64,000 nt of DNA from an uncultured delta proteobacterium (GTDB taxonomy: Bacteria; Desulfobacterota; RBG-13-43-22): NCBI GenBank assembly GCA_963711835.1, contig CAVQFQ010000025.1:32001-96000 (forward strand), read 5' to 3'. Under the pieces are notes generated by a model, which did not search any database, was not told the origin of the DNA, and saw nothing but the letters and a program-made list of their open reading frames with translations. The translations under genes and the position numbers were made by a program. The first letter of the stretch is position 1. Every line of letters begins with the position of its first letter. Positions 1 through 9,425 of the stretch are shown piece by piece.

Positions 1-109
1 CATCCGGGTGCAGATCCAGGGCTAGGCCCAGGGAGAGCCAGACCCCGAGGTGGAACAAGAGCAGCCCAAAAAAGGCCCGCTGATAAAAGAGGTCGCTTTT
101 AGGTTCCAT
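1..109 (-). CDS. 5' end of a GT39/ArnT-like membrane glycosyltransferase (runs off the window)
   Basis: Manual translation MEPKSDLFYQRAFFGLLLFHLGVWLSLGLALDLHPD: a TM helix followed by LHPD(E), typical of GT39 N-termini; ATG overlaps the upstream stop. Confidence 0.5.
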   Translation of the reverse strand, partial: MEPKSDLFYQRAFFGLLLFHLGVWLSLGLALDLHPD

Positions 110-971
110 CTTCATCACCGATCCGGGCCGGGCCGGCCTGGGCTTGCAAGCTGCTGAGATGGGCCTCAATGGATCCCAAAGGGATAGAGGCCAGCAGCTT
201 TTCAAATTTTTTAAGGGTATTGCCCAGGTGGACCCGCAACCAGGGGGCCTTCAGGGCTTTTACCTGCTTCGGAGACCGCTTCCAGAGATCCCAGGGATGG
301 AAATAAAAGAGGTTGATTTTTCCCCGTTCGGTCAGGCGGCGGGCCAGGCTCTGGATGATGGGAAAAGGCCAGAGGTTGAAATAGAGGCCCCCGGAATAGG
401 GCAGCCTCCTGGTTCCCAGGGGGAAGACGGAAACCGGCACCTCCAAAAGCCTTAGTTTTTTGCCCCCGATGACCGGATAAAAAGGTTCTAAGGGAGCGGA
501 GGGAAGGCCGTAAAGAAAGGTCCGGATCGGGAAAAGAGAGGCATCATAAGCAAAGCCAAAGGCCTCGAGCACTTCTAGGACCCAGAGGTTGCCGGCATTC
601 AGGGACCACGAGGGGGCCCGGAATCCTTTGGGGAGCAGCCCGGTGATTTTCTGGTAGGCCGTAACGGCCCGCTCCAATTCGATTTTAAAATGGTCCTGGT
701 TTTTTTGATTTAAAAGATCGTGTTCATAGCCGTGCAGGGCCAGTTCCTGGCCCTGTTCCACAATCATCTCCCCCAGCCGGGGCTTCTTCTCCAGGAGCCG
801 GCCCAGGACAAAGAAGGTGGCCTGAAGTCGATGTTCCCGGCAATAGTCAATAATCTTTCCGGTCCGGTCCAGGAGAGCGGCATGGTCTTCCCCGGCCTCC
901 CAAAAGGAAAAATCAACCACCGGATAGTTGATGTGATACCAGTCCTCGATATCAAAGGTTAGAAGATTCAT
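99..971 (-). CDS. Polysaccharide deacetylase (CE4, DUF3473-type)
   Basis: TFDIEDW, HGYEH, FRAPSW and YFHPW motifs; start set to MNLLTFD at 971. Confidence 0.85.
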   Translation of the reverse strand: MNLLTFDIEDWYHINYPVVDFSFWEAGEDHAALLDRTGKIIDYCREHRLQATFFVLGRLLEKKPRLGEMIVEQGQELALHGYEHDLLNQKNQDHFKIELERAVTAYQKITGLLPKGFRAPSWSLNAGNLWVLEVLEAFGFAYDASLFPIRTFLYGLPSAPLEPFYPVIGGKKLRLLEVPVSVFPLGTRRLPYSGGLYFNLWPFPIIQSLARRLTERGKINLFYFHPWDLWKRSPKQVKALKAPWLRVHLGNTLKKFEKLLASIPLGSIEAHLSSLQAQAGPARIGDEDGT

Positions 972-1332
972 GGCGAATAAGCTGTTGGGAGAGTTCCTGG
1001 ACCTGGTCGCGGAGCAGCACGATTTCCTGGGCCAGGATCCTTTTTTTGGACTTATAATCGGAAAGCTGGATGGAAACATGAATCAGGATGAAAAGGGTCA
1101 CCACATTCAGGAATAAAAAGAGGGCCGAAGGTCCGTATTCGATGCCCAGCCAATAGGCCACCTGGTCGATGATGGGGTGAAAGATGGAGAGGGTTAAGAA
1201 AATAGCCGCTATGCAGATCCATAGAAAGGAATATTCCTCAATCAGAAGCCGGCGGCGGACCAGGGAGATGACCCAGATCAATAAAAAAACGGACAGAAAG
1301 AAAGTGCTGACTTTTAAAATAAGAAAGTTCAT
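952..1332 (-). CDS. DUF2304-like small membrane protein
   Basis: Three TM helices, LGIEYGPS, C-terminal LAQEI; sits directly downstream of a GT2 gene. Confidence 0.75.
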   Translation of the reverse strand: MNFLILKVSTFFLSVFLLIWVISLVRRRLLIEEYSFLWICIAAIFLTLSIFHPIIDQVAYWLGIEYGPSALFLFLNVVTLFILIHVSIQLSDYKSKKRILAQEIVLLRDQVQELSQQLIRHESSNL

Positions 1333-1335
1333 GGC

Positions 1336-2034
1336 TTACCTCCGGGACGGTTTTTTAAAGGAAAGGATCGAGACCAGGACGCGGACCATGTAATAGATAC
1401 TCCGCAAAGGGGTGATGGAGGAGGTCCCCCGGCTCCGGCTGCGCATCTGAACCGGGATTTCCCGGATGAGGCACCCTTTGCTTTTGAGGTAACTGATCGA
1501 TTCGGGTTCCGGATACTCCCCGAGATAGGTCTGGGCCAGAATGGCTACCGCCCTCCGGGAATAGGCTCTGAACCCTGAGGTGTTGTCGATGATGTTCTGG
1601 CCCATAACCAGGATGTTGACCCACTGAAAGAAACGGTTGCCCATCCGGCGCAACCAGGAACCCCGGTAACCGGTGGGTTGGAGGAAGCGGGAACCGATTA
1701 CCATGTCGGCCGGGCCTTCCCTGAGGGCTTGAAGTAAACGGGGGGCCTCCCGGGCCGGGTGCTGGTAATCCCCGTCGATCTGGATGCATTCGGCATAGTC
1801 CTTTTGAAAGGCATAGCGAAAACCGGTCTGCACCGCTGCCCCGATGCCCATATTATAGGGCAGGCTGAGGGTTTTTACGCCCAGCCCCTCGGCCCGAGCC
1901 GCCGTCCGATCGGTCGAACCGTCATTGACGACCAGGATATCGGCGGCCGGAAGATGCTCCCGGATATCCTGAATGACAGCGGTGATGTTGGCTTCCTCCT
2001 GAAAGGCCGGAACAATAATTAAGATCTTTTCCAT
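1336..2034 (-). CDS. GT2 glycosyltransferase (DPM1-like)
   Basis: IIVPAFQE, VVNDGSTD, QIDGDYQH, DNTSGFRAY; the longer ORF start lies in a repeat. Confidence 0.9.
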   Translation of the reverse strand: MEKILIIVPAFQEEANITAVIQDIREHLPAADILVVNDGSTDRTAARAEGLGVKTLSLPYNMGIGAAVQTGFRYAFQKDYAECIQIDGDYQHPAREAPRLLQALREGPADMVIGSRFLQPTGYRGSWLRRMGNRFFQWVNILVMGQNIIDNTSGFRAYSRRAVAILAQTYLGEYPEPESISYLKSKGCLIREIPVQMRSRSRGTSSITPLRSIYYMVRVLVSILSFKKPSRR

Positions 2035-2038
2035 AAGG

Positions 2039-2341
2039 TGAGTTTGTCCTAAGGTTACGTGATTTTTTATGCTATCCATTCGTCGATGGCTTCAGGGGTC
2101 TTGATTTCAAGGTTGTCCGCCAAACCGCCGGTAGCAATGAACCCGGGCAGGAAGTTTCTAAGGGGTTGAGAAACAGGCCGACACCAAAGCGATTAATCGC
2201 TTTGGTGTCGGCCTGTCTCTCAACCACCATTAGAAACTTCGGGCCGGGTTCATGGTACCGGACACGTTTGGCGGACAATCCTTGAAATCAAGACCCCTGA
2301 AGCCCTTCGGTTTGAGAATCACGTAACTTTGGGACTATCCC
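2039..2341. mobile_element. Foldback non-autonomous element (MITE-like), family A, complete copy
   Basis: Near-palindromic along its whole length; perfect 44-bp central palindrome 2173-2216; termini match 48444-48643 and 13128-13212. Confidence 0.8.
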
Positions 2342-2359
2342 CATAATTAAGGTCGGTGA

Positions 2360-3415
2360 TCAAGCCAGGATCAATTGTTTTATCAGACGCCCCCCCAGCC
2401 ATTGCGTCACAGGCAGGGGTAAATGGGGCCAAATTTTTTCCGCCAGACGAAAGGTCAAGGAACCCTGGGCCTGCTGAACCGTAGGCAGGCTGCCTTCGGA
2501 CCGGCATAGGGGATACTGATAGGCCAGGGGCCTGGGCAGGGCCTTCCACTGGCTTTTAAAGGCGAAGGTTCCCGAGTTGGTCTGGCTGCGGCAAAAATCA
2601 AACGACCGGAACCCTTTTTCCCAGGCCCGGCGGATAGCGCTGTAATATAAAAGCTGGTTGGGGAAAAAGGCCTGGGATTGAATCAGGGCGGCCACATAAG
2701 GGGCGCTGAGGGTAGTCCCGTACTCAAAAAGAAGCATTCCCCCCAGGGGCTTTTCCCCCTGGTAGACCAGAAGCAGTCGGCAGCGGTCTTTAAAGACAGC
2801 CAGGATCCGCTGAAAATAGTTCAAGGGGTAAACCGGGAAAAAGAGCTCCTGCATCCTCCGGGAAAATACCCGGTAGAAGTCGCGCAGGAGCGCTTCCGAC
2901 CGGCCCTCGCGGATCTCCAGACCGGCAGCTATGGCTTTTCTGACCTGTCTCAGCCTGGGGGCAATCCGTTTTTCATAAAGGGCCCAGTCTTCGGGCAACT
3001 CCAGCAGCATCTGGGCATGTTCCTTATTGCAAACCGTTGCCGGGAGGGGTTGGTCTTCAAGTTGTCGCAACTCCACGAAACCGGCTCTCAGCTCCCGGGC
3101 CTTCTCAATCAGGCACTGGACCATGGCCTGACGGCATTCGGAATCGACAGCCCAGAGGCCGGCCCTGGTCATGTAGGGCAGGGAGATTAAAAAATTCCCC
3201 TTCCCGATCCAGGGGCTTTTCATAAAGACCAAAGGGCAGAGCCCTTGCACCCGGCCGCCGGTTTCCGCCAGGAGGTAGAAGGTCTTGAGTCTTAGGGCGG
3301 ACTCATAGACCTGGCGCCAGCCATAGAGAAGGGAGAAAGGCGCTTCGGGGAAAAAGCCCAGGGCCTCATCCCAGATTTCTTTCCCTTCATCCAACGGTAA
3401 CCAGCGAAAATCCAT
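2360..3415 (-). CDS. FemAB-related GNAT protein (exopolysaccharide-locus type)
   Basis: LISLPY, ELRQ, PNQLLY and FDFCRS...GTFAFKSQW motifs. Confidence 0.8.
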   Translation of the reverse strand: MDFRWLPLDEGKEIWDEALGFFPEAPFSLLYGWRQVYESALRLKTFYLLAETGGRVQGLCPLVFMKSPWIGKGNFLISLPYMTRAGLWAVDSECRQAMVQCLIEKARELRAGFVELRQLEDQPLPATVCNKEHAQMLLELPEDWALYEKRIAPRLRQVRKAIAAGLEIREGRSEALLRDFYRVFSRRMQELFFPVYPLNYFQRILAVFKDRCRLLLVYQGEKPLGGMLLFEYGTTLSAPYVAALIQSQAFFPNQLLYYSAIRRAWEKGFRSFDFCRSQTNSGTFAFKSQWKALPRPLAYQYPLCRSEGSLPTVQQAQGSLTFRLAEKIWPHLPLPVTQWLGGRLIKQLILA

Positions 3416-3435
3416 TTATGAAAAATGACCGCCTT

Positions 3436-5163
3436 TCAAATGGTCCCATTATCCCTGAACTGGATTTCATACAGTCTTTTGTACTCGCCGTCCAGGGTTA
3501 GCAGGTCTTCATGACGGCCCTGTTCCACGATTCGGCCGCCGGCCAGGACAAGAATCCGGTCCACATTGCGAATGGTTGAAAAGCGATGGGCCACGATAAA
3601 GGTGGTCCTGCCCTGCATCAGATTTTCCAAGGCCCGCTGCACTTCGGCTTCGGAATCGGAGTCCAGCGAAGAGGTGGCCTCATCCAAGATCAAGATAGGG
3701 GCGTCTTTCAGCAGGGCCCGGGCGATGGCGATCCGCTGGCGTTCTCCGCCGGATAGGCGTACCCCCTGTTCTCCGATCAGGGTCTCCATTTTCTCCGGAA
3801 GCCGCCGAATGAAATCATAGGCATAGGCGGCCTGGGCGGCCTTGATAATCTCCGCTTCGGTTTTCTCCGGCGATCCGTAGCCGATATTATTGCGAACCGT
3901 GTCGTTAAAGAGGATGGTCTGCTGGGTGACTATCCCGATCTGCTTTCGTAACGAGACCAGGGTGATCTCCTTAATAGGCTGTCCATCTATTTCTATTTCC
4001 CCTTCGCTGACCTCGTAAAACCTGGGAATCAAATTGACCAGGGTGGTCTTCCCGCCCCCGCTGGTCCCGACCAGGGCTAAAATTTCTCCCACCTTAACGT
4101 CCAATGAAATGTCTTTGAGGACCCAATCCTGTCCGTAGCGGAAGGAAACTTGTTTTAAAACGATTCCCCGGCGGATGCCGCTGATCGGCCGGGCCCCCGG
4201 TTGATCCTGAATATCGGCCTTCAGGTCCATGACCTCGAAGACCCGGACCGCGGCGGCCAGGCCCTGTTGGATGGTATTATTGACCCCGCTCAGATGCTTG
4301 ATCGGTTCATACAACATCAGCAGGGCCGTTAGAAAGGAGAAAAAAGTCCCCGGAGTGGAATGGCCCCGGATCACATTAGTGCCTCCGTACCAGATGATAG
4401 CGGCAATCCCGAGACCTCCCAGAAATTCCATGATGGGTGAAGAGATGGCCTTGATGGAAACATCTTTCATGGTCAACTGGAAGAATTTGCGGTTGCGCTG
4501 TTTAAAGCGGTTGATTTCATGGACCTCGGTGCCGAAGGCCTTGACGATCCGGTTCCCGGACAAGGTCTCGTGGAGATGAATGGACATCTCGGCCATGGTT
4601 TTCTGACTCTGGGTACTGATTTTCCTCAACTTGCGCCCGAACTTTACAATAGGCAAAACGGCCAGGGGTAAGACCAGCAGGGCTAAAATAGACAATTGCC
4701 AGTCCCGGTAAATAATCACGGCCACCAGACCCAGGATGGTAAAGGCGTCTTTCAGTATCCCGGTTACGGCATTGGAGACCGCCCCCTGGATTAAATTGAC
4801 ATCATTGACGATCCGGGACATGAGCATCCCGGTGGGGGTCCGGTCAAAGTAAGACAGGGACAGTTTCTGGAGATGGGCATAAAGTTGTTCCCGGAGGTTG
4901 GCCACGATTTTCTGCCCCACAAAGCTCATCAGATAGGACTGGCCGTAGGCAAAGACGCCCTTGATGATATAAATCAGGATGATGAGAGGAGGCAGCAGGG
5001 ACAGGGTGGAGACTTTTTTCTGGAAAAAGATATCATCCAGGACCGGTTTGACCAGATAAGCCATCAGGGCGGTGACGGCCGCCACCACCAGCATACAGAC
5101 CATGGCGCCGGTCAATTTAAGCCAATAGGGTTTAACCAGGTGAAGAAGTCGCTGGGTGATCAT
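3436..5163 (-). CDS. msbA: Lipid A export ABC transporter MsbA
   Basis: TM domain plus Walker A GTSGGGKT, LSGGERQR and DEATSSLD; next to lpxB. Confidence 0.88.
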   Translation of the reverse strand: MITQRLLHLVKPYWLKLTGAMVCMLVVAAVTALMAYLVKPVLDDIFFQKKVSTLSLLPPLIILIYIIKGVFAYGQSYLMSFVGQKIVANLREQLYAHLQKLSLSYFDRTPTGMLMSRIVNDVNLIQGAVSNAVTGILKDAFTILGLVAVIIYRDWQLSILALLVLPLAVLPIVKFGRKLRKISTQSQKTMAEMSIHLHETLSGNRIVKAFGTEVHEINRFKQRNRKFFQLTMKDVSIKAISSPIMEFLGGLGIAAIIWYGGTNVIRGHSTPGTFFSFLTALLMLYEPIKHLSGVNNTIQQGLAAAVRVFEVMDLKADIQDQPGARPISGIRRGIVLKQVSFRYGQDWVLKDISLDVKVGEILALVGTSGGGKTTLVNLIPRFYEVSEGEIEIDGQPIKEITLVSLRKQIGIVTQQTILFNDTVRNNIGYGSPEKTEAEIIKAAQAAYAYDFIRRLPEKMETLIGEQGVRLSGGERQRIAIARALLKDAPILILDEATSSLDSDSEAEVQRALENLMQGRTTFIVAHRFSTIRNVDRILVLAGGRIVEQGRHEDLLTLDGEYKRLYEIQFRDNGTI

Positions 5164-5239
5164 AAGATTATATCACACGTTTTCTGGGAATTTAACTTTA
5201 ACTTTTCTAAAACACGAGATCATCCGCCTCTATACGGAC

Positions 5240-5317
5240 GATACTGGATACTGGATGCTGGAAAAAACCGATACTGGAGACTGGATCTATTTTATCCAGC
5301 ATCCAGTATCCAGTATC
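5240..5317. repeat. Inverted arrays of GATACTG-type heptamers
   Basis: gatactggatactggatgctgga (5240-5262) is the exact reverse complement of 5295-5317. Confidence 0.8.
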
Positions 5318-5383
5318 ATTCTTGGAGGATCGGGATTAAGAACCCAATTTCAAATAGCTTTCTTTTAGGTTTAATAGATAACG

Positions 5384-6532
5384 TCAGTTGGTCATCTCTA
5401 GAACGATTTTTGCCACCCGGGCCGAGGCGCCCGGGCCCCCCAGGCTGTCCCGGACCCGGGCCAACTCCTCCCGGATCCGGCGGGTATAGTCCGGGTCTGT
5501 CAGAAACCGCTTGGATGCCTCGGCAATGGCCTCCGGTTGGGCCTGGTCTTGAATCAACTCCGGGATAATCTTCCGGCCGGCCACCCAGTTGACTAAACCG
5601 ATATAGGGGACCCGGATCAGGTGTCTGGCTATCCAGTAATTCAGAGGCGAAACCTTATAAACAATCAGGATTGGGACTCCTAAAATGGCGGCTTCCAGAG
5701 TAACGGTCCCTGAGGCCACGATGGCATGGTGACAGGCGGCCAGGGCCTTCCGGGAGTCCTCCTTCACCAGTTGAATCGGGAGTCCCTTCTTCAGATACGG
5801 ATCGATCATTTTCCGGATCGGACCTTCTTCCAGGGTTGCGGCCACCGGGAGGATAAAGGCGATGGCTCGGGCCATCTCCCGGGTTAGACGGGCGGCGCTT
5901 TCCAAGAGCACCGGCAAGATAGCCTTGACCTCGGCCGGGCGGCTCCCGGGCAATAAGCCGATCAAAGGTCGGTCCTGGGATGAGGGAGGAAGATCACCTT
6001 GACGGAGCAGGGTCGGCCCGAGCCCATCCAGCAGGGGATGACCCACAAAATCCACGTTGACCCCCCAGGGGGAATAGAATTCTTTTTCAAAGGGCAGGAT
6101 AACCGCCAGGCGATCCACATAGCGGGCAATGGTCTTTATCCGTCCCGGGCGCCAGGCCCAGACCTGGGGGCTGATATAGTACAGCACCGGGATGTGAAGC
6201 CGATGGGCTATCTTAGCCAGGCGGAGATTCAGGTCGGGATAATCAATCAGGATGATGAGGTCCGGCTTTCTCTTCTTTAAGGCTTCTTTGACCTTTTGGA
6301 AGGCTTTCCAGATATGGAAGATCTTTTTCAGGACCTCGGTAAAACCGACGATGTTAAGCGGAGGCGGATAAACCATTTCCAGGCCTGATCGTTCCAAATC
6401 CGGCCCTCCCAAGCCGAAGAAGGTGAAGGCCTCAGGGCCTTGTCGGAGGGCCTTAATCAAAGAAGCCCCATGGAGGTCTCCAGAGGCTTCTCCGGCGATG
6501 ATGCAAATAGTCTTGATAACCTTATCTCCCAA
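5384..6532 (-). CDS. lpxB: Lipid-A-disaccharide synthase
   Basis: IAGEASGDLHG, IDYPDLN, YISPQVWAWR, LLPGSR; probable TTG start at 6532 (the longer ORF extends into a repeat). Confidence 0.95.
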   Translation of the reverse strand: MGDKVIKTICIIAGEASGDLHGASLIKALRQGPEAFTFFGLGGPDLERSGLEMVYPPPLNIVGFTEVLKKIFHIWKAFQKVKEALKKRKPDLIILIDYPDLNLRLAKIAHRLHIPVLYYISPQVWAWRPGRIKTIARYVDRLAVILPFEKEFYSPWGVNVDFVGHPLLDGLGPTLLRQGDLPPSSQDRPLIGLLPGSRPAEVKAILPVLLESAARLTREMARAIAFILPVAATLEEGPIRKMIDPYLKKGLPIQLVKEDSRKALAACHHAIVASGTVTLEAAILGVPILIVYKVSPLNYWIARHLIRVPYIGLVNWVAGRKIIPELIQDQAQPEAIAEASKRFLTDPDYTRRIREELARVRDSLGGPGASARVAKIVLEMTN

Positions 6533-6543
6533 ACCCGAACCAG

Positions 6544-6842
6544 TTATTAAGGGTCTCAAAATAATAGTGACCAACAGGGACCGGGGGTCTTCTTTTCTGG
6601 GTTGTCCACCTTCAAGCCCAAAGCTTCTTTGCCGGGCCAAATTCGGGATCTAATTCAGAGACAGGCCTACACTAATGCCCGAAACGGACTTGGGTGAATG
6701 CCCTGTATCTAAACCACTTAGCCGTTCGGGCCGGGATAGGGCGATGAGTTACCCTTTGGACAACCCCAGAAAAGAAGACCCCGGTCCCATCTATTGCAAG
6801 CTCCTCAATCTCATGTCAAGACTATAATGAGACCCTTAATAA
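6544..6842. mobile_element. MITE-like element, family B
   Basis: 15-bp perfect terminal IR ttattaagggtctca/tgagacccttaataa plus a ~32-bp subterminal IR; left end repeated at 13073-13129. Confidence 0.8.
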
Positions 6843-6850
6843 AAGGCGAT

Positions 6851-7870
6851 TTAGACCCGGGTTGCTTCCGGGAATCCCGGAAGATGGCCCCAAGCCCCAG
6901 CCGATGGTTTGGCCCGTTCGAAATTTTTTTCAATTTCCTCATTGATCCAGTGGGCCAGGGCCAGGGCCTTTTTACCTTCTTCCCCGCAGACCAGGGGTTT
7001 TTCCCTGCTCTTCACGGAGTCGATAAAGGATCGCAATTCCAATTCCAAGGCATCCCCCGATTCCCTTGACCCTTCCCGGGCCGTGAACTGGGGCATCTGC
7101 GAAGCCCCTTCCCCGCTCGGTTCCAGGTTGACCACGGAATAGGACTTGGCCTTAAAATCAAGAGAAATATAAGCCGCCGGCTGAAATATTCTCATTTTAC
7201 GCAGTTCCTTAACGGAGATTCGGCTGGCGGTAATGTTGGCTACCGCGCCGTTTTGAAATTGGATCCTGACATTGGCGATATCCACCCGCGGCGACACGAC
7301 CGGGACCCCGACCGCCTGGACCTGCTGCGGGGCTGAAGGGACCAGGTTCAGGATGAGGTCGAGATCGTGAATCATGAGATCCAAAATAACATCGACGTCC
7401 GTTCCTCTGAACTTGAAAGGACTCAGGCGGTGGCTTTCGATGAAAAGAGGATTTTGAATAAAGGACTTGATTTCGAGGAAGGCGGGATTAAACCGCTCCA
7501 GGTGCCCGATCTGTAACAGACACTTCCGGTCCTCGGCCAGGGCGACCAATTCTTCGGCCTCGGCGACTGATTGGGTCATCGGTTTTTCGAGCAGGACATC
7601 CACGTTGTGACGGAGAAAGGCTTGGGCCACCTCGGCATGCAGGGAGGTGGGCACCACGATACTGACCGCGTCCGTTATGGAGAGCAAGTGACGGTAATCC
7701 TGATAGCCCCGGATTCGGTATTGGCGCGACAGAGGTTCCAGACGGTCTTTTCGGATATCGGCAATGCCCACCAGCTCCACATCCGGCAGTTGGGCATATT
7801 TCTCCAGATGGTATTTCCCCAGATGGCCGACACCGACAACCCCGACTCGAATTTTTGGTTTTCTTTCCAT
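6851..7870 (-). CDS. Gfo/Idh/MocA oxidoreductase (GnnA-like UDP-GlcNAc 3-dehydrogenase candidate)
   Basis: GVGHLG, EKP, GHLERFNPA, DLMIHD; immediately upstream of lpxB. Confidence 0.8.
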   Translation of the reverse strand: MERKPKIRVGVVGVGHLGKYHLEKYAQLPDVELVGIADIRKDRLEPLSRQYRIRGYQDYRHLLSITDAVSIVVPTSLHAEVAQAFLRHNVDVLLEKPMTQSVAEAEELVALAEDRKCLLQIGHLERFNPAFLEIKSFIQNPLFIESHRLSPFKFRGTDVDVILDLMIHDLDLILNLVPSAPQQVQAVGVPVVSPRVDIANVRIQFQNGAVANITASRISVKELRKMRIFQPAAYISLDFKAKSYSVVNLEPSGEGASQMPQFTAREGSRESGDALELELRSFIDSVKSREKPLVCGEEGKKALALAHWINEEIEKNFERAKPSAGAWGHLPGFPEATRV

Positions 7871-8003
7871 GAAATGAGTGATTAGTGTCCACTCGGAAAT
7901 CGCCGATTTCCGGGTGGAGCGTTCAGCCGTCAGCACATAGCAGTTAGCTTAAACCATTATTTTAAATGTTTTTTGCTGATTGCTGAAAGCTTATCGCTGA
8001 CCG

Positions 8004-8885
8004 CTATTCTATATTCTGCACCTGTTCCCGCATTTTTTCCAATTCAGCCTTCAGCGAAACCACCTGATGGGTAATGTCACTGTCAAGGCTTTTGGAGCCG
8101 ATGGTATTCACCTCCCGATTCATTTCCTGGAGGAGGAATTCCATTTTCTTGCCCACCGGCTTTTTTTCTTTGAAGAGGGTCTGGCACTGTTTCAGATGGC
8201 TGCCCAGGCGGACCAGCTCTTCAGAGATATCGGAGCGGTCGGCCATAAGGGCTACTTCTTGGGCGAAGCGCTGGGAATCGCATTCCACCTCCGGGGCGAT
8301 TTTCTGAATTCGAAGGCTTAAACGGATCCGATAGGCTTCAATCATTTGAGGCAGTCTTAAGGAGATGGCCTCGATTCCCCGCTGAAGGCTTTTGATACGG
8401 GACTGCAGATCCCGAGCCAGATTTTTCCCCTCGACGGAGCGCATCATCTCGACGGCGCTCAGAGCCTTTTCCAGGGCCGGGGCAATCGTCTGCCAGAGCT
8501 CTTCTTCGGAGTGGGGGTCTTCCTGAAAGACGATCAACTCCTTCAGAGAAAGGAAATCCCCCAAAGCGATGGAGCCGGTCAGGTTAAGGGTTTCTTTCAG
8601 CTCGCCAAACAAGGTCCAATAGCTCCTGGCCAAGGGAAGATTCAGGATCGGGGTGCCGCTTTTGAATTTCTCCGGAGAGGAAAACTGGATCGAGACCTCC
8701 ACCCGGCCCCGGGCTATTCGGGCGGCAATGAAGGATTTCAGGCGGTCTTCCAGGGAGGCCCAGACGTGGCCGGTCCGGAGGCTGAGATCGAGGAAACGGC
8801 TGTTATAGGTCCTTATCAAAATAAGGCCCCCAACCCCGTTCAGGGAAAAGTCGGTTTGAGCAAAGGCGGTCATGCTTTTGATCAT
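8004..8885 (-). CDS. yicC: YicC/YloC family endoribonuclease
   Basis: MIKSMTAF start; GKKMEFLLQEMNREVNTIGSK; REQVQNIE end. Confidence 0.93.
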   Translation of the reverse strand: MIKSMTAFAQTDFSLNGVGGLILIRTYNSRFLDLSLRTGHVWASLEDRLKSFIAARIARGRVEVSIQFSSPEKFKSGTPILNLPLARSYWTLFGELKETLNLTGSIALGDFLSLKELIVFQEDPHSEEELWQTIAPALEKALSAVEMMRSVEGKNLARDLQSRIKSLQRGIEAISLRLPQMIEAYRIRLSLRIQKIAPEVECDSQRFAQEVALMADRSDISEELVRLGSHLKQCQTLFKEKKPVGKKMEFLLQEMNREVNTIGSKSLDSDITHQVVSLKAELEKMREQVQNIE

Positions 8886-8894
8886 TTGAAATCC

Positions 8895-9425
8895 TTATCC
8901 CCCGTCCGGGAGATCTCTAAGATATTTTTCTCGGATTTTATTCAACATCCCGATGGTCCAGGGGTCCTGGTAGTCCGGGTAAGACCAGGGAAGGGGCCGA
9001 AAGGTCCCCTTGAAAAAGACTAAGGTTAAATCGGCGAAAACCCCTTTCCCCAGGTAGATGCGGTGGCTGTAATTTTTCCCGGTGGCCAAGACGAACCGTT
9101 CGGCGGTGATCAGCCCGGGATCAAGATTCAAGCCTCGCTTCTGGTCCTGCTGCCAGCGGCTCTCAAAGGCGAATCCCTGGGTTTTTATCTCGACCAGCTT
9201 ATCCTGGGGAATGAGGGGTCGGAAGGCGGCCCAACGGCGGAACAGGGGATGGCCCATTTCCTTCCGGTAATAAGGCGTGTAGTCAAAGGGCCGTATTTCA
9301 GAGAGAAAGTCAATGGGGCCCCATTGCTGATCCAAGACCTTCCACCCTTCCCGGGCCAGGGAGGCTTCTTTGTAAATCAGACTGACAACCAGTCTCGCCG
9401 GTAAGGGTTCCTTGGGTTTACTCAA
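8895..9425 (-). CDS. DUF4416 family protein
   Basis: YYRKEMG, NLDPG, LATGKNYSHRIYL, PWSYPDY. Confidence 0.85.
   Translation of the reverse strand: MSKPKEPLPARLVVSLIYKEASLAREGWKVLDQQWGPIDFLSEIRPFDYTPYYRKEMGHPLFRRWAAFRPLIPQDKLVEIKTQGFAFESRWQQDQKRGLNLDPGLITAERFVLATGKNYSHRIYLGKGVFADLTLVFFKGTFRPLPWSYPDYQDPWTIGMLNKIREKYLRDLPDGG

Noticed and set aside
6533-6640. N-terminal extensions of LpxB and the GT2 (2035-2079), and small ORFs at 2072-2278 and 48303-48494
   Set aside because: They are read out of, or run into, the repeat elements and show no family motifs.
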